Source: a virus (Duplodnaviria; Caudoviricetes). From it: a DNA stretch of 25,139 bases. How positions within the stretch are numbered: the stretch's first letter is position 1; each line of letters starts with the position of its first letter. The translations under genes and the position numbers were made by a program. Below are positions 1 through 4,817 of this stretch, piece by piece. Below the pieces are notes generated by a model. It saw only the letters and a list, made by a program, of their open reading frames with translations. It ran no database searches and had not been told where the DNA came from. The DNA lies in the IMG/VR virus record IMGVR_UViG_3300036855_000017, positions 1 to 25,139 of that record, one strand, 5' to 3'.

Positions 1-61
1 GTCGAGAGTGAACTCCGGATGATTTTGCACAGGTACGATGTCAGCACGGTAAAGGTACGAT

Positions 62-718
62 ATGGGCGGAAAAGGATCGGGACGTCGGCGGGTGATGTAT
101 GTTCCTTCGCGTCCCGATCCGCCGCCTTCGCCCGTTCGCACGCGCGGTCAGCAAATGTTGCTGCAGGTAGGTGGCACGCTCGCCGCGATCGCAGAGCATG
201 TCGGCAGCACGCGCCAGTCAGTGCACGAGTGGCGCAGCGGGACAAAGGCGCCGAGTAAAGCGACACGCACGCGCATGGCGGCAGAGCTCGGCATCCCAGC
301 ACGCGCTTGGGACGAGCTGCCGTTCAGCGAGCCCGAGCCGCCCGATCCATTGGATGACGACGACGAGCCCGAGCCTCAGTCGCGCAGCCACTCACGGGCG
401 GTCAGCACGCCGCCACCCCGCTCGTCGAATGGCTCGGTCAACTCGATCGAGCATGTGCAGGGTCTGTTGGACGAGGTGGCGGCGCTGCGGCAACGGCCCA
501 ACCTGCTCGCCAGCGAGCGCCTCAAGCTCGTCGAGAGCGAGAGCAAGTTGCTGGCAATGCGCCACAAACTTGAACTCGAGTCGCAGCTACGAGAGTCGCG
601 TTTCGTCGCGGAGCACCCCGCTTGGCTGCAGTTGAGAGCGGCGCTTGTGCGCGCGCTGATCGCGCACCCCGCAGCGGCCCAAGTGGTCGCCGATGTACTC
701 CGCGACATGCGAATGTGA
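62..718 (+). CDS. HTH (XRE/Cro-like) protein, putative terminase small subunit
   Basis: N-terminal HTH (TLAAIAEHVGSTRQSVHEWRSG..P), acidic/Pro linker and helical C-terminus (HPAWLQLRAALVRALIAHPAAAQVVADVL). It is the nearest substantial DNA-binding gene upstream of terL, beyond the insert. Confidence 0.6.
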   Translation: MGGKGSGRRRVMYVPSRPDPPPSPVRTRGQQMLLQVGGTLAAIAEHVGSTRQSVHEWRSGTKAPSKATRTRMAAELGIPARAWDELPFSEPEPPDPLDDDDEPEPQSRSHSRAVSTPPPRSSNGSVNSIEHVQGLLDEVAALRQRPNLLASERLKLVESESKLLAMRHKLELESQLRESRFVAEHPAWLQLRAALVRALIAHPAAAQVVADVLRDMRM

Positions 719-720
719 TT

Positions 721-738
721 TATACCGTCGACGGTATA
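721..738. promoter_or_regulatory. Perfect 18-bp palindrome TATACCGTCGACGGTATA (operator or recombination-site candidate)
   Basis: Exactly self-complementary. Lies 2 bp after the stop of 62..718. A related copy is at 2845-2862. Confidence 0.7.
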
Positions 739-745
739 TTTCGCT

Positions 746-774
746 TTGCAAGCCGATTTGACCCATGACACGAT
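746..774 (+). promoter_or_regulatory. Putative sigma70-type promoter giving a leaderless transcript of the 781 gene
   Basis: TTGCAA (746-751), 17-bp spacer, TG-extended CACGAT (769-774). ATG is 6 nt downstream with no Shine-Dalgarno. Confidence 0.5.
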
Positions 775-780
775 CGGTGC

Positions 781-1428
781 ATGCAGTTCGTTTTGATTTT
801 TGTCGTACTGATGACCGGGACCGGGTGCGCTGCGGAGGCCAACGAGCCCGAGCTCGCCGCCGTTGACATGACTGCCTACGCGGGCGCTCCGAGCGGCGCA
901 GCTGGTAGCGGCAGCTCGGTCGATGCGGTCGACCTCTCGAATGCCAACGCTGGCAGCCAAACGACTACGCGCCCAGTGACTCCGAGCCCGGTTGCCGACC
1001 CGACGCCGCCCGCGCCAGTCATCGCCGCCGACAGCGGCGCGCCGATCGCAGCCGAGCCGCCGCCGAGCGCGCCCGTGGCTGGCTCGGGCGACGAGACGCC
1101 CGCCGCCGATGCGGGCGCCCCCGTCGACCCGACGCCGCCCGCATCGACGCCAGTGGTCGATCCGTCGACGTCGCCCGTTGCTGCACCTGCCAACGTGCGC
1201 TGTGCGGCGGTCGATCACGGTGAGCCGTTCGCATTGAGCTGTGACAGCTACTTCGTTACGGGCGCGGAGCCGATCTATCGGATCTTTTGGACCCACAAAA
1301 ACGAGCTCGATCAGTCGGTCGGCTATCACTGCGACTCCGGATTTTGGTCGACCGTCGCGTGCACAGCGGGCGACGCCTGTCAGATCTTCGACAATCTCGG
1401 CAACACGTTCGCGGGCACCTGCCAATGA
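781..1428 (+). CDS. Lipoprotein with Pro/Ala-rich linker and C-terminal six-cysteine domain (accessory/moron gene)
   Basis: Hydrophobic signal ending in a lipobox-like GTGC, low-complexity stalk, and a ~75-aa C-terminal domain with 6 Cys. Confidence 0.8.
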   Translation: MQFVLIFVVLMTGTGCAAEANEPELAAVDMTAYAGAPSGAAGSGSSVDAVDLSNANAGSQTTTRPVTPSPVADPTPPAPVIAADSGAPIAAEPPPSAPVAGSGDETPAADAGAPVDPTPPASTPVVDPSTSPVAAPANVRCAAVDHGEPFALSCDSYFVTGAEPIYRIFWTHKNELDQSVGYHCDSGFWSTVACTAGDACQIFDNLGNTFAGTCQ

Positions 1429-1583
1429 AAACTGTCGCCGCTCTCCTGATCGGTTTCGTGCTCGCGCTCGCGCTCAGCGCCCGTCCCGTGGCCGCAGATT
1501 CACCAAGCATCGAGCGCTACCTAGAACGCATTGCGCTCGCACTGGAGGCGCAAAATCGGATACTCGAACGCACGCACCGTTGA
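1425..1583 (+). CDS. Small secreted or membrane-anchored peptide, 52 aa (MKTVAALLIG...LERTHR)
   Basis: ATGA overlap with the 781 gene. Signal-peptide pattern with a VAA|D cleavage-like site, then a short helix. True start lies inside the listed ORF 1287..1583. Confidence 0.75.
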   Translation: MKTVAALLIGFVLALALSARPVAADSPSIERYLERIALALEAQNRILERTHR

Positions 1584-1618
1584 TTTCTGTTTGACGGAAA
1601 TCAAACACGCGCTAAGCT
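1580..1618 (+). promoter_or_regulatory. Variant copy of the cassette promoter with an inverted repeat over the -35
   Basis: TGATTTCTGT-TTGACG (1591-1596), 16 bp, TAAGCT (1613-1618). Dyad TTGATTTCTGT-TTG-ACGGAAATCAA spans 1580-1604. Confidence 0.65.
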
Positions 1619-1651
1619 GTTCTTTGTCAGTCGCAGATTAGGGAGGAAGTC

Positions 1652-1813
1652 ATGGGAGAAATCAATCAAGGGGATGATCGGGCTCGGGTATCAGCGGAGC
1701 TCGATCGCGTAGCTGCTAGGCGCGCAGCCGAGCGGCGCAGTTTCAACGACTCGTGGGGTTGGCTGTTTTTCTGCTTTGGCCCGTTCATGCGCGGCAAGCG
1801 GGGTGCCAAGTGA
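1652..1813 (+). CDS. Hypothetical 53-aa protein (MGEINQGDDRARVSAELDRVAARRAAERRSFNDSWGWLFFCFGPFMRGKRGAK), not in the ORF track
   Basis: Strong SD GGGAGG at 1641-1646, downstream of the 1591 promoter. Stop overlaps the next GTG start. Confidence 0.75.
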   Translation: MGEINQGDDRARVSAELDRVAARRAAERRSFNDSWGWLFFCFGPFMRGKRGAK

Positions 1814-2085
1814 TCGGCGCCGCGCATGCTGCGGCGATCGAGTCGATTGCTGCGTCGCTGATTTCGGGCGACACGCTCCGCGCGATGACCTGCGAACACA
1901 CGGACGTCGAGGGGCGCGTGTGGCCGAAGGGCACGGCCTATCGGCCGGTTTGGTCGGGATTCTCGAACGCGACTCGGACGAGCTTCCAGGTCGTCACGAT
2001 CGGCGGTCAGCGCGTGGCCTTCGAAGCGAAGCGTCCCGCCGCCGAGCCGCTCGATCTTTTTCTCGAACGTACACCGGCATTTTGA
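1810..2085 (+). CDS. Hypothetical 91-aa protein
   Basis: GTGA overlap with the previous stop, in frame with listed ORF 1753..2085. Its stop codon is the TGA of repeat copy 1. Confidence 0.7.
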   Translation: MIGAAHAAAIESIAASLISGDTLRAMTCEHTDVEGRVWPKGTAYRPVWSGFSNATRTSFQVVTIGGQRVAFEAKRPAAEPLDLFLERTPAF

Positions 2086-2121
2086 TTTTTGTGTGGACAA
2101 GAAACAAACGGGTGCTATTCT
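2083..2121 (+). promoter_or_regulatory. Cassette promoter repeat, copy 1
   Basis: TGATTTTTGTGTGGACA (2083-2099). -35 TGGACA, 16 bp, TG-extended TATTCT (2116-2121). ATG 2129 is 7 nt downstream. Confidence 0.75.
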
Positions 2122-2128
2122 CTAATCC

Positions 2129-2338
2129 ATGGACGCAACGCAAACATTCGCCGCCGCAGTCAACAACGTAGCTCGCTCGATCAGCCCCGTGGCTGCCAAG
2201 TCAACGCGCATCAAGGCCTTGGGCTGGCCGCGTAGCGACGCCAAGGCCTGGGAGGAGGAACTGAACGCCGCCGCGATGGCGGGCCTCGTCCGAGTGTTTC
2301 GGGGTCGCGCGGGCAACGTGTGGATCATCCCGGCCTGA
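2129..2338 (+). CDS. Hypothetical 69-aa protein, possibly winged-helix-like, probably leaderless
   Basis: Fills the space between promoter copy 1 and a terminator. Ends in a helix plus beta-hairpin pattern (ELNAAAMAGLVRVFRGRAGNVWIIP). Confidence 0.7.
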   Translation: MDATQTFAAAVNNVARSISPVAAKSTRIKALGWPRSDAKAWEEELNAAAMAGLVRVFRGRAGNVWIIPA

Positions 2339-2351
2339 GTCGGGCACAGCG

Positions 2352-2392
2352 AAAAAGGGGCCGCTCCGAAGGGGGCGGTCCTTTTGATTTTT
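2352..2392 (+). terminator. Rho-independent terminator
   Basis: Stem AAAGGGGCCGCTCC / GGGGCGGTCCTTTT with G-U pairs and a GAAG loop, running into TTTTGATTTTT. Starts 13 bp after the 2338 stop. Confidence 0.8.
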
Positions 2393-2423
2393 GTGTGGAC
2401 AGCAATCACCCGAGTGCTAGGAG
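2385..2423 (+). promoter_or_regulatory. Cassette promoter repeat, copy 2
   Basis: Exact 17-mer at 2385-2401, TGCTA at the same offset (2415), degenerate -10 TAGGAG that could also act as an SD. ATG 2431 is 7 nt downstream. Confidence 0.65.
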
Positions 2424-2430
2424 AAAAGAT

Positions 2431-2514
2431 ATGAGCCAACAGTTTTGGTGGCCCGCGTTGATGCTGCGCGTGTGCGAGGGGTGCAAGGAGATGCTCGAAG
2501 CGGACGGCGGCTGA
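2431..2514 (+). CDS. 27-aa micro-ORF (MSQQFWWPALMLRVCEGCKEMLEADGG), small protein or cassette remnant
   Basis: Same promoter-to-ATG spacing as the 2129 gene. Its stop is the TGA of repeat copy 3. Contains one CxxC. Confidence 0.5.
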   Translation: MSQQFWWPALMLRVCEGCKEMLEADGG

Positions 2515-2551
2515 TTTTTGTGTGGACAATATTCTAGAGCCTGCTAGGCTC
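2512..2551 (+). promoter_or_regulatory. Cassette promoter repeat, copy 3, with a dyad over the -10
   Basis: Exact 17-mer at 2512-2528, 16-bp spacer, TG-extended TAGGCT (2545-2550). Inverted repeat GAGCCT-GCT-AGGCTC at 2537-2551. Confidence 0.7.
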
Positions 2552-2576
2552 ATGGTATAGAGGGAGAGCGATCGAG

Positions 2577-2783
2577 ATGGTGAAGGCCAAAAAAAGTGGA
2601 CGGGGCGGCAAGCGAGCGGGAGCGGGACGCCCGCCGATCGACAATCCGCGCACTGAGCGGCTCGAGGTACGGTTGACAGTCGAGGAACACGCGAACGCGC
2701 TCAAGGCGGCGGGCGACGAAAATCTGAGCGACTTCACTCGGGATTTCCTGATGCGCGCGGTAAAGCGGCGCTTGAGCGCCTAG
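2577..2783 (+). CDS. Small DNA-binding protein, ribbon-helix-helix-like, with basic GGKRAGAGRP N-terminus
   Basis: SD AGGGAG at 2561-2566. Alternating strand RLEVRLT, helix, then NLSDFTRDFL second helix typical of RHH/CopG-like proteins. Confidence 0.8.
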   Translation: MVKAKKSGRGGKRAGAGRPPIDNPRTERLEVRLTVEEHANALKAAGDENLSDFTRDFLMRAVKRRLSA

Positions 2784-2804
2784 GACTCGCGCCGCCCGAC
2801 ACCC

Positions 2805-2840
2805 AAACCCCCGATCGCCAATGCGCGATCGGGGGTTTTG
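2805..2840 (+). terminator. Rho-independent terminator closing the accessory array
   Basis: Perfect 14-bp stem AAACCCCCGATCGC / GCGATCGGGGGTTT, 6-nt loop, ending TTTTG. Confidence 0.8.
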
Positions 2841-2844
2841 CGAT

Positions 2845-2864
2845 TGTACTGTTGACAGTATAGT
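2845..2864. promoter_or_regulatory. Imperfect palindrome TGTACTGTTGACAGTATA upstream of terL, overlapping a -10-like TATAGT
   Basis: 14/18 identical to the 721-738 palindrome. TATAGT (2859-2864) lies 8 nt before the GTG at 2873. Confidence 0.6.
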
Positions 2865-2872
2865 TCGCTGCA

Positions 2873-4534
2873 GTGACGTCACCCATTTCCGCCGAGATCG
2901 AACGGCGTGGCAGCCGAACGCGCGTTGTGTCGGGCTCGTTCGCCGACGACTTTCGCGAGGCGTTGCTGCACGAGTTGACGTTTGTCACGCGGCTGCGGTT
3001 TCCGAATCCGCGTTATCAGAGCGACCCGATCGCGTTCGTGCGCGAGATCCTTGGCGTCGAGCCATGGAGTCGACAGCGCGAAATCATCGAGGCCATTCGC
3101 GATCACACGCGCGTCGCAGTGTGCAGCGGGCACAAGGTCAGCAAGAGTCACACGGCTGCGGCGATCGCGCTTTGGTACTACTGCAGCTATCAGGACGCGC
3201 GCGTGGTGATGACGTCAACCACGTCGCGACAGGTCGATCAAATCCTGTGGCGCGAGCTGCGGATGATCAAATCTCGTGCGGGGCGCTGCGTCGCGTGCAA
3301 GCTCGCCGATCCGGAGGGGCTGCGCATCCCTCGCCCATGCGAGCACTCGACGCTGATCGAGGGTGAACAGGGAGATCTGGCGCGCACGGGGCTGAAGTCG
3401 CCCGACTTCCGCGAAATCGTCGGCTTCACAGCGCGGGAGGCTGAGGCGGTCGCGGGCATTTCGGGTCGCAACCTGCTGTACATCATCGACGAAGCGAGTG
3501 GCGTTGATGATGCGATCTTCGAAGCGATTGAAGGTAACCGCGCGGGCGGCGCTCGCGTGGTCATGTTCAGCAACGGTACGCGCAACCATGGCGAGTTTTA
3601 CGAAGCTTTTCACGCAAAGCGCGCGTATTACAAAACACTACGCGTGTCATCGGAGGAGACTCCAAACGTAGTCACTGGGAAAAACATTATCCCTGGACTC
3701 GCAACGCGCGAATGGGTTGAGGAAAAGCGGCTTGAGTGGGGAGAAAACAGCGCGCTGTTTCGGATCCGGATCAAGGGCGAGCACGCGACTCAGGAGGAAG
3801 GCCGAATTTTTTCGGTGCATGTCATTTCGCAAGCCGAAGCGCGATGGTCCGACACTCCCGAGTCCGGGCGCTTGTGCGTCGGACTCGATCCCGCCGGCGC
3901 AACAGGATCGGGCGATGAGACCGCATTCAGCGCTCGGCGCGGTATGAAGCAAATCGTGCTTCGCACCATGCAGGGGCTGAACGATGAGCAACACCTCGTG
4001 CACCTGCTCGCGCTCTTGAGAGAGCTTCGCTTGCCGCGTGAAACGCCCGTAGTGATCCTCGATCGCGAAGGTTCAATCGGCAGTTCGCTTTACGGCAAGC
4101 TGCGAAACTACGTCGAGGATCATCCGGGTATGTTCGAGCTCGCCGCGGTCAAAGCGAGCGACAAAGCGTTTCGTCGCGTCGATCTGTACGACAAGGTTCG
4201 CGATGAGCTCGCTGCAAATCTCGAGATGTGGTTTCGCGACGGCGGCGCGATTCTCGAAGATTCGAAGCTTGAAAAAGAGCTGCACGCCATGGAGTGGCGG
4301 CAAAACATCCAAGGCAAACTCAAGCTCACGCCGAAGGATCAGCTACGAAAGATTCTCGGGCACTCGCCCGATCGATTCGATGCGCTGTCGCTGTCAGTGT
4401 GGGAGCCGCTATCGCTACAGGACGGAGTGCCAGACAGTGCCGCCGCCGTGGCTGGCCGCGAAGCCGACGCGACGCTGACAGAACGTGAGCGAGTGATGGA
4501 CCCCTATGCCGGAGGGATCGACCCGTATGGATGA
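2873..4534 (+). CDS. terL: Terminase large subunit
   Basis: PWSRQ adenine-binding motif, Walker A-like SGHKVSKS, Walker B LLYIIDEASG, RNase H-like nuclease motifs VGLDPA..GDET and SPDRFDAL. Exact start uncertain. Confidence 0.95.
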   Translation: MTSPISAEIERRGSRTRVVSGSFADDFREALLHELTFVTRLRFPNPRYQSDPIAFVREILGVEPWSRQREIIEAIRDHTRVAVCSGHKVSKSHTAAAIALWYYCSYQDARVVMTSTTSRQVDQILWRELRMIKSRAGRCVACKLADPEGLRIPRPCEHSTLIEGEQGDLARTGLKSPDFREIVGFTAREAEAVAGISGRNLLYIIDEASGVDDAIFEAIEGNRAGGARVVMFSNGTRNHGEFYEAFHAKRAYYKTLRVSSEETPNVVTGKNIIPGLATREWVEEKRLEWGENSALFRIRIKGEHATQEEGRIFSVHVISQAEARWSDTPESGRLCVGLDPAGATGSGDETAFSARRGMKQIVLRTMQGLNDEQHLVHLLALLRELRLPRETPVVILDREGSIGSSLYGKLRNYVEDHPGMFELAAVKASDKAFRRVDLYDKVRDELAANLEMWFRDGGAILEDSKLEKELHAMEWRQNIQGKLKLTPKDQLRKILGHSPDRFDALSLSVWEPLSLQDGVPDSAAAVAGREADATLTERERVMDPYAGGIDPYG

Positions 4535-4552
4535 CCTCGGTGGTGACGAGCG

Positions 4553-4777
4553 ATGAGCGCTGCGAGGCGATCACTGATCGCGCTGTTGCAGTTGACGACC
4601 GCGCGAGAAATCGCAGCCCGCTGCGGCGTCGTAGCGCCGTGCGTGAGTAAGTGGCTTGCAGGGTATTCGCGCCCGAGCGACGTGCCGCGTGCGCGCCTCG
4701 AATCGATCTACGGCATACGCGCGAGCTCATGGGGCGGGCGCGCGGTCAGCACGTCAGCGCAGCGGCGCTTTCGGTAG
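4553..4777 (+). CDS. Cro/XRE-like HTH protein
   Basis: TAREIAARCGVVAPCVSKWLAGYSRP HTH pattern. Fills the terL-portal gap. Confidence 0.8.
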   Translation: MSAARRSLIALLQLTTAREIAARCGVVAPCVSKWLAGYSRPSDVPRARLESIYGIRASSWGGRAVSTSAQRRFR

Positions 4778-4817
4778 TTTCCCCACGTGACACAACGCTC
4801 GCCGCATTGATTGCGGC

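Noticed and set aside
2083-2528. CRISPR array from the 17-bp repeats
   Set aside because: Repeats are too short, spacing is irregular (302 and 127 bp), the intervals encode ORFs, and there are no cas genes.
2847-2860. LexA/SOS box (TACTGT..ACAGTA)
   Set aside because: Half sites are 2 nt apart, not the CTGT-N8-ACAG spacing of the E. coli-type box.
1580-2862. Classical integron with attC sites
   Set aside because: No integron integrase in the window, and the repeats lack the long RYYYAAC...GTTRRRY attC dyad.
2852-2879. TTGACA as the -35 of a standard terL promoter
   Set aside because: No credible -10 lies 16-18 bp downstream, and it would fall inside the predicted CDS start.
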